64,000 nucleotides of DNA from Candidatus Forterrea multitransposorum CG_2015-17_Forterrea_25_41 (GTDB lineage: Archaea; Iainarchaeota; Iainarchaeia; Iainarchaeales; CSSED10-239). The stretch is from contig CP045477.1 of assembly GCA_009392915.1 (NCBI GenBank), positions 448,001 to 512,000 of the forward strand, written 5' to 3'. The position numbers and the translations under genes are program-made. Within the stretch, counting starts at the first letter, position 1. Each line of letters opens with the position of its first letter. Below the pieces are notes generated by a model. That model was not told the DNA's origin and searched no databases. It saw only the letters and a list, made by a program, of their open reading frames with translations. Shown here in pieces: positions 36,197-46,002 of the stretch.

Positions 36197-39100
36197 TCAC
36201 TTTATATCGAGTCTTTTAAACAACTCGTCCTTTTCATAATTATATTGAGAGATAATACTATTAAAATCTTTGTAATTGTATACTTTTGAATCCTTCATCC
36301 ATCTCATAAGTTTCTTTTTCTTTAAAAAATCAACAACATTTATTGAAGAAGATAAAAGATTAATATTGTATTTATTTTCGGATATTTCTAAATCTACAAC
36401 TACACTTTCATTTTTATTAATTATTTCTTTAATATTTACAATTTGATAAGTTTCTTTAAAACCTTGTTTAATTCTTTTAATTTCTATTAGAATAGATTTT
36501 TGATTAACCATTTTTAATTGTTCAATAAATTTATCAGCAACATTTGGTTTTATTGAAAAGATATTTAAGTTATACCAAGAAACATCAAAAATATCTTCTC
36601 CAAACTCATCAATTGCAATAATATCTGGTTTCTGAGAAATTGTTTGTTCAATAATTAAACGTTTACTTAAATCTGCATTATTTGTAAAAATTCTATTAAT
36701 CCATTCTTTTTGAGGAAGTTTAAATCTATCGTATGCCTGAACAGTTATAATTTTCTGATCAGGATAAAATAAAAGTATAGAATTATAAATTACAAAAGAA
36801 TCATCAACATCATGTAAAATAACTTTATAGTTTTCTGAAATTGCAGACCAGATATATGAAAATACATCTACAGAACCAATAGATGTATTAACTAAAGCAA
36901 CAGGTGTTAATGGTTCATCAAGATATTTTTTAATTACAAAAGAAGAACCTTTACTACTAGTATCTCCTAAAGAATAAAGACCTTCAACTTTATAACCATT
37001 AGGTAAATATCCATCAATCACAGGATGTTCTGGAGTTATATAGATACCCATATTTTTAGTTAAAATAGTTACAAAGTTATTTAACTCAATAATATCTTTA
37101 AAACTAATATTTGTTTTTAAAACACCATACTCTACATGGTAAACTATAAGATTTGATTTTTCACCAGAACAACTAACTTCAATTATTTTTTTATCAAGTA
37201 AAAGATTAGTTAAAATACCTAACCCAAAAAATTCTCTTTGAATAAATTTAAGATAAAGTTTTTGTTGTAATTTACCTAAACTATAAGATAATTTTTCAAC
37301 AGAAATATCAAATATTTTTTGAATATATTTATCAAGACTATGTTTATCTCCATTAAAAGAATAATAGTTTTTATCGATTGTATTAAAAAATACTTTTTTT
37401 AATTGAATATATTCTTTTTCTTGTTCACTATTAAGTTCTGGTTGTACTAAATTATAGAAAAGACCTTTAGTATTATCATAATGTATTGTAACATATGTAA
37501 AATCATCTATAGAATATTTATCAAAAATATTTTTTATATTTTCTTCAAATGAAGCAATAGGATCTTGATACACTAAAGAAGAAAATAGAGAATTGTCAGA
37601 AGATAATTTTTCTTGATATATTTCTTTATTTATTTTAACAGGATTTTTTCCAGCATCTTTTGGAAGGATATAATCCATACCTTTTTCTCTTAAGTCTTTA
37701 AATTTTTCTGCAATTAAATCATTTTTAACTTTCGGAGTTAATTTTACTTCTTTGATAATTTTAATTTCTTGTTCTTTTGGTAATGATTCTTTTTTAATTG
37801 TTTTAGATATTTTTTCATCATCATTATCTTCATCAGAATAATTCTCTTTTGAAGTAACTTTTTCTTCTCTTATAGAAGGAGAAATATATTTTTTATTTTT
37901 GTTTGAAATTTTAGATTTATCTTTTTTATTTTTAGGAGAAGAAATTTCTCTCATACCTTTATATATTCTTTCATCATCTTCTTTAGATAAATCAACATCA
38001 GAAAATACTTTTTTAACATCTTCTTCATCTTTATCTATTTTCTCATTTAAAACATTAACATCAAATTTTTCTTTTTCTTTTTCTTCTAAAGTTTTTGATT
38101 TTTTTAATTTAGAAATATTATTTTCAATTTCAGAATTTAATTTTACTTGATTATTATCAATTACAAAATTTGGTGTTTTTTCAGAAGATTCATTTGTTTT
38201 AATTTCAGAAGATAAAGAAGAATCTTCATTTAAAACTTTTAAATCATTTTTTGAATCTTTATCATATACAGAAAACTTATCTTCAACAGTGTTAGATAAA
38301 TCTTTAACATCATCTTCAATTGCAAAAATATCTGGAACTTCAATTTCTTCAAATAAACCATTAGCCTCACCTAAAGAAGAATTATTTAAATGAGAACTAG
38401 AATTTTTAGAATCTATTTCTAAATTACCTGTGTTTTTAGGAAAATCATTTGAATTTGCTAAAGTTTCTTTATTTTGAGAATCTTTATTTTTATTTACAGA
38501 TAAATGATCTATTTTTGAATATAAATTTTTAACATCATACTTTGGAAAATCAATTTTACTTTTTTTAGGTTTATCATCTAAAAAAGAAAATGATTCTAAA
38601 TAAACTTCTTGATCAAGTTTACTTGCTTTTTTATTTAATTGATCTAATAAATCATCTACATTTTCATTTTTTGATTTTACTTCTGAAAAAATATCATTTG
38701 ATTCTTTACTTTCAGAATATTCTTTTGGTTTAGATACATTTTCTAAAATATCTTTCAAAAGAGACATGGTTTTTTTATTATTATTTGATTCATCAAAATT
38801 TATTTCTTTTTTAATTGAATTATCAATATGATCTATTTTAGGCTCACTTATTAAAAATGAATTTGAAGGTTTTATTTTTTTTTCAGAAGATGAATCCGAA
38901 AGTAGTAGTTCATGAGATGAATCAGGGAGTAATAATTCATTATTAATTTTTGATGAAATTAATTTATTAGATGTTGATTTTTTATCAACTTTATCTAAAG
39001 GAACTTCTTTTTTAAAAATATTAGAATTATCAACCTTATCTAAAGGAACTTCTTTTTTAGAAATATTAGAATTATCAACTTTATCTAAAGGAACTTCTTT

Positions 39101-39547
39101 TTTAGAAATATTAGAATTATCAACTTTATCTAAAGGAACTTCTTTTTTAGAAATATTAGAATTATCAACTTTATCTAAAGGAACTTCTTTTTTAGAAATA
39201 TCTAAATTATCAACTTTATCTAAAAGAATCTTTTTTTTTCTAAAAGGATTAAAATCTTTATATTTTTCTTCAATATCAGAAGTGTCAACTTTTAAGTTTA
39301 CTTTCTTAACATCATTATAATTTTTATTTAAAGAAAAATCATCTTTTTTAGTTTCTGGTAAAACTACATCAAATTTTTGTAATTTTTTAGAATTACTATT
39401 ATTTTTTAAAGAACTATCAATTTTATCTTCTTTTAAAGAACTATCAAATTTATTATTTTTTACAGAATCTGAAGCTTTAGATATAGATTTAGATAGAGGA
39501 ATTCTTTTAATAACCTTAAAACCAGAAAAATTATCCTCTCCACCCAT
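36197..39547 (-). CDS. FlaI/ArlI-like secretion-ATPase homologue without a Walker A P-loop, fused to a ~700-aa low-complexity repeat-bearing N-terminus
   Basis: The C-terminal ~400 aa align collinearly with the locus A ATPase and the FlaI pattern (GLGILTNLLLDKKIIEVSCSG...VYHVEYGVLKTNISF...SSFVIKKYLDEPLTPV...). GxxGSGKT is replaced by ILHDVDDSFVI (nt 36788-36814). A Walker-B-like PDIIAIDEFGED is retained. Confidence 0.8.
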   Translation of the reverse strand: MGGEDNFSGFKVIKRIPLSKSISKASDSVKNNKFDSSLKEDKIDSSLKNNSNSKKLQKFDVVLPETKKDDFSLNKNYNDVKKVNLKVDTSDIEEKYKDFNPFRKKKILLDKVDNLDISKKEVPLDKVDNSNISKKEVPLDKVDNSNISKKEVPLDKVDNSNISKKEVPLDKVDNSNIFKKEVPLDKVDKKSTSNKLISSKINNELLLPDSSHELLLSDSSSEKKIKPSNSFLISEPKIDHIDNSIKKEINFDESNNNKKTMSLLKDILENVSKPKEYSESKESNDIFSEVKSKNENVDDLLDQLNKKASKLDQEVYLESFSFLDDKPKKSKIDFPKYDVKNLYSKIDHLSVNKNKDSQNKETLANSNDFPKNTGNLEIDSKNSSSHLNNSSLGEANGLFEEIEVPDIFAIEDDVKDLSNTVEDKFSVYDKDSKNDLKVLNEDSSLSSEIKTNESSEKTPNFVIDNNQVKLNSEIENNISKLKKSKTLEEKEKEKFDVNVLNEKIDKDEEDVKKVFSDVDLSKEDDERIYKGMREISSPKNKKDKSKISNKNKKYISPSIREEKVTSKENYSDEDNDDEKISKTIKKESLPKEQEIKIIKEVKLTPKVKNDLIAEKFKDLREKGMDYILPKDAGKNPVKINKEIYQEKLSSDNSLFSSLVYQDPIASFEENIKNIFDKYSIDDFTYVTIHYDNTKGLFYNLVQPELNSEQEKEYIQLKKVFFNTIDKNYYSFNGDKHSLDKYIQKIFDISVEKLSYSLGKLQQKLYLKFIQREFFGLGILTNLLLDKKIIEVSCSGEKSNLIVYHVEYGVLKTNISFKDIIELNNFVTILTKNMGIYITPEHPVIDGYLPNGYKVEGLYSLGDTSSKGSSFVIKKYLDEPLTPVALVNTSIGSVDVFSYIWSAISENYKVILHDVDDSFVIYNSILLFYPDQKIITVQAYDRFKLPQKEWINRIFTNNADLSKRLIIEQTISQKPDIIAIDEFGEDIFDVSWYNLNIFSIKPNVADKFIEQLKMVNQKSILIEIKRIKQGFKETYQIVNIKEIINKNESVVVDLEISENKYNINLLSSSINVVDFLKKKKLMRWMKDSKVYNYKDFNSIISQYNYEKDELFKRLDIK
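38986..39228 (-). repeat. Near-perfect 45-bp tandem repeat (~5.4 copies) inside the ATPase-like gene
   Basis: Unit caactttatctaaaggaacttcttttttagaaatattagaattat starts at 38986, 39031, 39076, 39121 and 39166, with a partial copy at 39211. It encodes (DNSNISKKEVPLDKV)n in frame. Confidence 0.92.
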
Positions 39548-39630
39548 AAATATGCCTTCTTTAAAATATATTTTAATATATAGATATTAGTTCATTAGAT
39601 TTATAAATCTTTAGATATTTTTTAATAGCT

Positions 39631-40362
39631 TCAAATAACAAAAGAAATAATTTTTGGAATAATTTCAAAAACATATAAAAGAATTAGAAAGATATAACTT
39701 ACTAGGATTAATATAATAAATGGAATTAAAGGAGAAAACCACACCTTAGAAATATTATGATTTTTAGCAATAACTTTAATTTTTTTAATTTCATTTTCTG
39801 GTTCAATATTTGGCATAAAAACAATTTTTGAAATTAATTTATTATTTTCTACATACAATTTTTCTAAAGGAGTATAAAAATTATTTACTTTTTTTAAAGA
39901 TAAAGGAACCCCTAAAAACATTAGATATAATGATTTAAAAAAATTATATTTAGGAAAATTTCTTGAAAATAAATTATATAAAAATAAGAAAACAGGTATA
40001 AGTAAAGTTAAAACTAAAGCAAAAAAGAAAATAAACATTGGAAAATATATATCAAAAATATTTGTAAATGATATTGCAAAAATAGTATAAAGATCCCCTT
40101 CTCCTATATATGTAAAATAACTAATCTTTCCTAAAACATAAAAAATTAATAAAAATATAAAACTTACAGCAAGTTGTATTAAATAACCTTTCCATAAAAT
40201 AAAATCTGTTTTAAAAACAAAAATACCTAAATAAAGAATACTAAAGATGGCTAAGAAAAATAAAGACATTATATTTATTTCTCTATACTTAATATCTTGA
40301 TAAGTTACATACAATAAAATAATTATAGAAAAAATAATTATTGGTAAATAAATATAATCCAT
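39631..40362 (-). CDS. Archaeal prepilin/preflagellin peptidase (A24 family, FlaK/PibD/EppA-like)
   Basis: Polytopic membrane protein with two catalytic-Asp contexts at canonical spacing: YQDIKYREI (Asp23) and YIGEGDLY (GxGD, Asp~89). Confidence 0.8.
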   Translation of the reverse strand: MDYIYLPIIIFSIIILLYVTYQDIKYREINIMSLFFLAIFSILYLGIFVFKTDFILWKGYLIQLAVSFIFLLIFYVLGKISYFTYIGEGDLYTIFAISFTNIFDIYFPMFIFFFALVLTLLIPVFLFLYNLFSRNFPKYNFFKSLYLMFLGVPLSLKKVNNFYTPLEKLYVENNKLISKIVFMPNIEPENEIKKIKVIAKNHNISKVWFSPLIPFIILILVSYIFLILLYVFEIIPKIISFVI

Positions 40363-40369
40363 AAGTTAT

Positions 40370-41281
40370 CTATATTGATCTTTTTGTAAGATACATTAAA
40401 TCTTTATAAGCTTTAACTTTTGTTTTTCTTGCAGTTGATCTTTCAAAAAGATTATCAGTATAATTTCCAGGAGGTCCTACTGATTTAATTTTTTTATTTT
40501 TAATTTTATTTAAAAGAATCTTATTCTTTAAATTATCATCATCTTTATCAAAAAAAGAAGTATTTAGATCAATTGTTAAAATACCACTACCAATCTCAGA
40601 AACATTATAACTTCCAGAACCAGCTGTAATATAGTTTGACATTTTACCAAGCTTAATTGCTGCTTCAAATTTATAAACAACATCATAACTTTTTTGATCA
40701 ATTTTATGAGTTAAATATTCACTAAAACTTGAAAGTCCTAAAGTCTTAAAAAACCTATGAAGCTCTAAATAATCTAAAATATGTCTTAATTTTCTTAAGA
40801 AAAAAGAATCATGCATATAATAAGATAAATACCCAATTGTTCCAGTATATGCTTCAACACCAATTTTTTTTTCTTTAATAATTTTTTCTAATTTATCAAG
40901 TCCTAAAATATAAGTTGCAGAATTTGATATAAGTCCAAAAGGATGTGCAATTGTTATTAAATATCTTTTTTTATAACAAAAATCAATTAATCTTTTAAGA
41001 GAAACTTTATCTTCATAAAGTATAGAATAATTATAAATACTAGCATCTTCAGAAAAAACTAAAACTTCTCCAGAATCAGTTAATATTTTAATACCTGGAA
41101 TTAATAATTTATCTTTTGGTTTAAATTTTAAAAGTTCAAAATATGCTTTTCTAGGATCTAAATAATTATATTCAGTTATAGCTGTACCTAAAAGATTATT
41201 TTCAGAAACTACTTTCCAATATTTTTTTGCAGACTCTTTATTTTTAAAAAGATGAGTATGCATGTCAATATTATATAACAT
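40370..41281 (-). CDS. PHP-domain metal-dependent phosphoesterase
   Basis: N-terminal IDMHTHLF motif and later His-containing motifs (IAHPFG). Confidence 0.6.
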   Translation of the reverse strand: MLYNIDMHTHLFKNKESAKKYWKVVSENNLLGTAITEYNYLDPRKAYFELLKFKPKDKLLIPGIKILTDSGEVLVFSEDASIYNYSILYEDKVSLKRLIDFCYKKRYLITIAHPFGLISNSATYILGLDKLEKIIKEKKIGVEAYTGTIGYLSYYMHDSFFLRKLRHILDYLELHRFFKTLGLSSFSEYLTHKIDQKSYDVVYKFEAAIKLGKMSNYITAGSGSYNVSEIGSGILTIDLNTSFFDKDDDNLKNKILLNKIKNKKIKSVGPPGNYTDNLFERSTARKTKVKAYKDLMYLTKRSI

Positions 41282-41435
41282 ATATTAATATATGAACCTA
41301 TTAATATATATTTATTTTGCTTATATAATATATTACTTATGATGATTATTTAAAAATTTATATAAAAAATTACTATTTAAAATAATTTTTAAAAAAAAAT
41401 ATTAATTTTAAAAAAAACAAGGATGTGAATAAAAA

Positions 41436-42740
41436 ATGAAATTAAAATGTTTAGGAGCCGGAAATGAAGTTGGTAGAAGTGGTTTTTTACTTTACGGTTC
41501 TGATAAAATTTTATTTGATTATGGATTAAAATTAAATCCAAAATATCTAAATGAAAAATCTGAAAAAGTAGATTTTGAAGGAAATGTTGAAGAACCTATA
41601 AAAATAACAGAATACTTAGATGCAGTAATTCTTAGTCACGCGCACTTAGATCATTCTGGAGACATACCTTCTCTTTATAAAAAATATAATCCAAATCTTT
41701 TTTTAACTCAAGCAACTTTAGATTTATCTTCTCTTTTATGGAAAGATACTTTAAAAATTGCAAAATATGAACAAAAAACACCACCTTTTGAAAAAGAAGA
41801 TATGTATGCTGCACAAGATAGTGCTTTCTTTTTAAAACTTAATAAACCTACAGAAATTACAAAGAATTCAAAATTAACTTTTTATGATGCAGGACACATT
41901 ACTGGAAGTGTAATTTCAGTAATTGAAATGGATGGCAAAAAAGTAATGTATACTGGAGATTTTAGAGCTGAAGAAAGTTCATTATTTGCAGGATATGATA
42001 GAAATATACCAGAAGTAGATTATTTAATAATTGAAAGTACATATGGTTCTGAAAATCATATACCTAGAAAAAAAATAGAAGAAGATTTAATTAAAGAGAT
42101 TCAAGATACTTTAAAGAAAAGAGGAATGGTAATGCTTGCATCTTTTGCAATTGAAAGAAGTCAAGAACTAATAAGCCTTATGCATAAATATAAAATTAAA
42201 GCTCCAATATATGTTGATGGAATGGGAGTTAAAGCAACAGACATATTCTTAAACTACCCTGAATTTTTTAAAGATTATAAAGATTTTAAAAAATCAACTA
42301 AAGAAGTAAATTTTATAAGAAATAGCAAAATTAGAAAAAGTTTACTTAGAGAAACAAAACCATCAATTATTATAACTACAGCTGGAATGCTAGAAGGAGG
42401 ACCAATACTTCTTTATCTTAAAGAATTTGGTGATGATCCTAAAAACAAATTAATAACTACTGGATATCAAGTAGATGGTACAAATGGAAGTAGACTAAAA
42501 GAAACAGGTAAACTTTTCATTGATGGTGACTTATATCAACCAAGATGTGAAATTAAACATGCAAGTTTTTCAGGTCATCCAGGAAGAGATGAACTTATTA
42601 AATTTGTTAAAAAAGTAAAACCTAAGAAAGTAGTTTGTGTACATGGGGATCCATCCTCAATTGTAGATTTTAGAAAAACACTTGAAAAAGATGGTTTTGA
42701 AACTATTGCTCCAATGACTGGAGAAATAATTGATTTATAG
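41436..42740 (+). CDS. Metallo-beta-lactamase/beta-CASP ribonuclease (aCPSF2-like, no KH domains)
   Basis: HAHLDHSG motif, DAGH, ESTYG, beta-CASP segment, and C-terminal HGDP. Confidence 0.82.
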   Translation: MKLKCLGAGNEVGRSGFLLYGSDKILFDYGLKLNPKYLNEKSEKVDFEGNVEEPIKITEYLDAVILSHAHLDHSGDIPSLYKKYNPNLFLTQATLDLSSLLWKDTLKIAKYEQKTPPFEKEDMYAAQDSAFFLKLNKPTEITKNSKLTFYDAGHITGSVISVIEMDGKKVMYTGDFRAEESSLFAGYDRNIPEVDYLIIESTYGSENHIPRKKIEEDLIKEIQDTLKKRGMVMLASFAIERSQELISLMHKYKIKAPIYVDGMGVKATDIFLNYPEFFKDYKDFKKSTKEVNFIRNSKIRKSLLRETKPSIIITTAGMLEGGPILLYLKEFGDDPKNKLITTGYQVDGTNGSRLKETGKLFIDGDLYQPRCEIKHASFSGHPGRDELIKFVKKVKPKKVVCVHGDPSSIVDFRKTLEKDGFETIAPMTGEIIDL

Positions 42741-42756
42741 AAAAGTGATATATAAC

Positions 42757-43491
42757 ATGAAGAGATTTTGTCCAAAATGTGGAAAAGAAATAACTGAAGA
42801 TGAAATGATTGATAATTTTTGTATTGATTGTTACATGTCAGAAAATGAACTTATAAAAATACCAGAAATAGACATTTCTCTTTGTGTTAAATGTTTTAAA
42901 ATAAAGATGGGTAAAAAATGGTATAATAATTTTGAAGATCTTGAAGAAGATATTTCAAAAAGTATTAAATCAAATATTTTAATACAACCAAAAAAATCTA
43001 CAAAAGTAAATATCGATCTTGAAAATAACATTCATTTTGCAGAAATTACAGTAAACACCATTATTGGAAATAAATTTAAAGAATTAAAATATAATGTAAA
43101 TATTAATGTTAAGAAAGATACTTGTCTTACATGTTCTAGAATTGCTGGAAATTATTATACAACAATTATACAAATTAGGTTTAATGATAAGAAATTACAA
43201 AAACTTATTTTAGATAAACTAATTAAAGAAATTTATGAAATAATTAATGCAATAAATGAAAAAACAAGTAGACCTTCTGCAAATATAAATATCATAAAAG
43301 AAGTTCCTCAAAAAAATGGAATTGACTTTTATACAGATAATTTAAAGTACAGTAGAAATATTGGTATTCATTTAATGAAACATAAAAGCGCAATTGAAAG
43401 AAAATATTCCAAAAGTCTTGTAGGAATTGATAAAGACGGTAAAGATCTTACAAGAACAACTATTTGTATACACTTTGGAAATAAAGAATAA
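42757..43491 (+). CDS. NMD3-family protein (archaeal ribosome biogenesis/export factor homologue)
   Basis: N-terminal double Cys-pair zinc motifs MKRFCPKCG...FCIDC...LCVKC. I prefer the ATG at 42757, after an AGTGAT SD-like motif. The ORF-track start is 42730. Confidence 0.7.
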   Translation: MKRFCPKCGKEITEDEMIDNFCIDCYMSENELIKIPEIDISLCVKCFKIKMGKKWYNNFEDLEEDISKSIKSNILIQPKKSTKVNIDLENNIHFAEITVNTIIGNKFKELKYNVNINVKKDTCLTCSRIAGNYYTTIIQIRFNDKKLQKLILDKLIKEIYEIINAINEKTSRPSANINIIKEVPQKNGIDFYTDNLKYSRNIGIHLMKHKSAIERKYSKSLVGIDKDGKDLTRTTICIHFGNKE

Positions 43492-43492
43492 A

Positions 43493-44149
43493 TTATTTAA
43501 GTTTCCTTAACTGGGAAACTTTTCCTTTCATGGAAATTACTAATAATTTATCTTTTTTTTCAAGAACCATTTTATCTTCAGTAAATAAAAATTTTCCTTG
43601 TCTGTAAAGACCAATTGTTCTTGTATCTCCTGGAATTTTATCATTAAAAAATTTAACAGTCTGTCCAATATATCTTGAATTATCATCTAAAGCAATTTCT
43701 ACAATTTCAGCATCTCCTTTAGAAAAGAAAGATAAATCTAAAACATCAGGCTGAGTTACAAGTTGTGCAATGTATCCAGCAGCAGCAGCTTCTGGATGAA
43801 TTACAATATCAATACCTAGTTTTTTAATAATTGGACCATGATAATGAACTTTACTTAAAGAAACAGCAACTGTTTTAACTCCTAATTCTTTTGACATAAG
43901 ACCTATAATTAAATTTGTTTCATCAGTCTCTGTTAAAGAAATTAAAACAGCAGCTCTATCAATTCCTGCTTTTTCTAAAACAGAAGGTTCTGTACCGTCT
44001 CCAGTTATAGAAATAATATCTAAATCATTTGCAACTTTTTGACTTCTTAAAGTATCTTTTTCAACAACAACCACATCATGATTTTCAGAGATTAATAATT
44101 CTGTTACATAATAACCTAGATTACCACAACCAACAATTATAATATACAT
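43493..44149 (-). CDS. trkA: Trk/Ktr K+ uptake system, NAD-binding subunit TrkA
   Basis: Rossmann motif MYIIIVGCGNLGYYV, and RCK_N plus RCK_C organisation. Confidence 0.9.
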   Translation of the reverse strand: MYIIIVGCGNLGYYVTELLISENHDVVVVEKDTLRSQKVANDLDIISITGDGTEPSVLEKAGIDRAAVLISLTETDETNLIIGLMSKELGVKTVAVSLSKVHYHGPIIKKLGIDIVIHPEAAAAGYIAQLVTQPDVLDLSFFSKGDAEIVEIALDDNSRYIGQTVKFFNDKIPGDTRTIGLYRQGKFLFTEDKMVLEKKDKLLVISMKGKVSQLRKLK

Positions 44150-44215
44150 ATTTATTTCTTCTTTTTAATTTTTTAATATTAAATATAATAGATGTTTAGA
44201 TTTATAAATGTATTT

Positions 44216-45679
44216 TTAAATTAAATATTTTCTTGAAAAAATAATCCCTATTATTGATAATAAAGGAATAATTTCAAGTCTTCCAACCCACATATTAATA
44301 ATAAGCATAACTTTTAGAGCAGAAGGCATATAACTATTTGTAAGTCCAGTTGTTATACCAACATTGCTTTGTGCAGAAATAACTTCAAAAACACTTTCTT
44401 GAAGAGAATATCCATAAAAAGTAAACATTAAAACACCAATTAAAATAAAAATTATAAAAATAAATATTAAAAAATATACAGATCTTAATCTTGCATTATC
44501 TATAAGTTCCCCATTATATTTTTTTGAAAAATATGCAATATTTGGAAGATTAATTTGTCTTATTTTCCAAAAAATAGATTTTAAAGATAAAATTAATCTA
44601 TCAACTTTAATTCCACCAGTTGTTGAGTTTGTAGAAGCTCCTGTAAACATTAATATTAAAAAAATCACTAAAATAAAAGGTGAGAAAGATAAAATTTGTT
44701 CACTTGCAAAAGTTGAGAAACCCCCACAAGACATCATACCTACAACAGTTAAAAGTATTGTTACAAAATCAATTGAGCCATTTAATTTAAAAAAAATTAA
44801 TAAAGCAGCAATAAGCATAATTAAAAGCATATAAATAAATTGTTTATCATTTAAATAAACCTTAAAACTTTTCTTTAAATAAAATTTATAGTGTAAAATA
44901 AAAGAACTTGCACCTAAAATCATAATTATAATCAAAGTAATATATATTGGAACATTTCCAATTGATAAAAGACTTTGAGAATTAGATTGAGAACCTGTAG
45001 TTGAAACTGCAGACATTGAATAATTAAAAGAATCAAATAAAGACATTCCAAAAATATTTAAAAAAATAACTCCTAATAAAGTTACTACTAAATAAATTAC
45101 CCACATATTTATTATGGTATTTTTAAAACTTGGAGAAATTCTATCATGCCCTTCTGCAGAAATTAATTTTGAAGATCCTCTAGTACCTTTTACAATTCCA
45201 AAAAAAGCTAAAACTACAATTCCAAGTCCACCTATCCATGAAATAAAAGATCTCCAAAGAGAAAGACTTTTAAGAGAAGGAACTAAGTTATCATACATTG
45301 TAAGTCCAGTTGTTGTTAAAGAAGACATGGATTCAAAATAAGAATCAAGTAAAGATAATTCAGAAGATAAGAAATAAAATGGTAAAGATGCAAAAAAAGC
45401 ATAGATTATCCATACAAAAACAACAACTATTAAAGATTGTGTTAAAGTAATACTAAATAGATTATCATTTCCTAAGAAAACTTTTTTTTTAGTAGACTTT
45501 AATAAAAGATAACCTGTTAATAAAGCAAAAAAGAATATTAGTAAATATACAAAAGAAACTCTTAAACTTTCTTTTAAAAATAAAGAAAGAATAAATGGAA
45601 ACAGAAATGTAAAACTACTATAGAATAAAATTTGACCAGTAGAATTTAAAACATTCTTATAATTCCAATAATAACTCAT
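44216..45679 (-). CDS. trkH: Trk/Ktr K+ transporter membrane subunit (TrkH/KtrB family)
   Basis: 487-aa polytopic protein with repeated M1-P-M2 selectivity-filter-like motifs (SLTTTGL, VSTTGS, STTGG, NVGIT). Adjacent to trkA. Confidence 0.85.
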   Translation of the reverse strand: MSYYWNYKNVLNSTGQILFYSSFTFLFPFILSLFLKESLRVSFVYLLIFFFALLTGYLLLKSTKKKVFLGNDNLFSITLTQSLIVVVFVWIIYAFFASLPFYFLSSELSLLDSYFESMSSLTTTGLTMYDNLVPSLKSLSLWRSFISWIGGLGIVVLAFFGIVKGTRGSSKLISAEGHDRISPSFKNTIINMWVIYLVVTLLGVIFLNIFGMSLFDSFNYSMSAVSTTGSQSNSQSLLSIGNVPIYITLIIIMILGASSFILHYKFYLKKSFKVYLNDKQFIYMLLIMLIAALLIFFKLNGSIDFVTILLTVVGMMSCGGFSTFASEQILSFSPFILVIFLILMFTGASTNSTTGGIKVDRLILSLKSIFWKIRQINLPNIAYFSKKYNGELIDNARLRSVYFLIFIFIIFILIGVLMFTFYGYSLQESVFEVISAQSNVGITTGLTNSYMPSALKVMLIINMWVGRLEIIPLLSIIGIIFSRKYLI

Positions 45680-45880
45680 AATTTTTCTTTTTAATAATAT
45701 ATTTTATAATATATAGCAGATAGTAAAGATTTTTAAAGATATATTTTATATATACTAAAAAAAAGAAGAAGAAAAAAGGAGAAAATAAAGAGATGTTTTA
45801 TTTTTATAAAAAAATTAAATAAAACATCTAAGATATAACTTTATTTAAAATAACTAAGATTTCAAAAAAATAACTAAAAA

Positions 45881-45952
45881 CTATTTCTTTTTAGTTTTTT
45901 TTGCAGTCTCTTTAGCAGCTGGTTTTGCTTTAGCTTTAGCTTTTTGAGCCAT
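45881..45952 (-). CDS. Candidate 23-aa Ala/Lys-rich micro-protein
   Basis: Minus-strand ATG 8 nt after GGGGTGA (SD-like). Translation MAQKAKAKAKPAAKETAKKTKKK. Too short for the ORF track and has no homology support. Confidence 0.3.
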   Translation of the reverse strand: MAQKAKAKAKPAAKETAKKTKKK

Positions 45953-46002
45953 TTTTTAGTTCACCCCTTTTTTTAAAGAATCAATTAAAACGTAATTCCA
46001 TT

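Noticed and set aside
38986-39228. Regularly spaced 45-bp repeats considered as a possible CRISPR array
   Set aside because: The units are directly adjacent with no spacers. They are in frame within a long ORF and encode a sensible peptide repeat, and there are no cas genes in the window.
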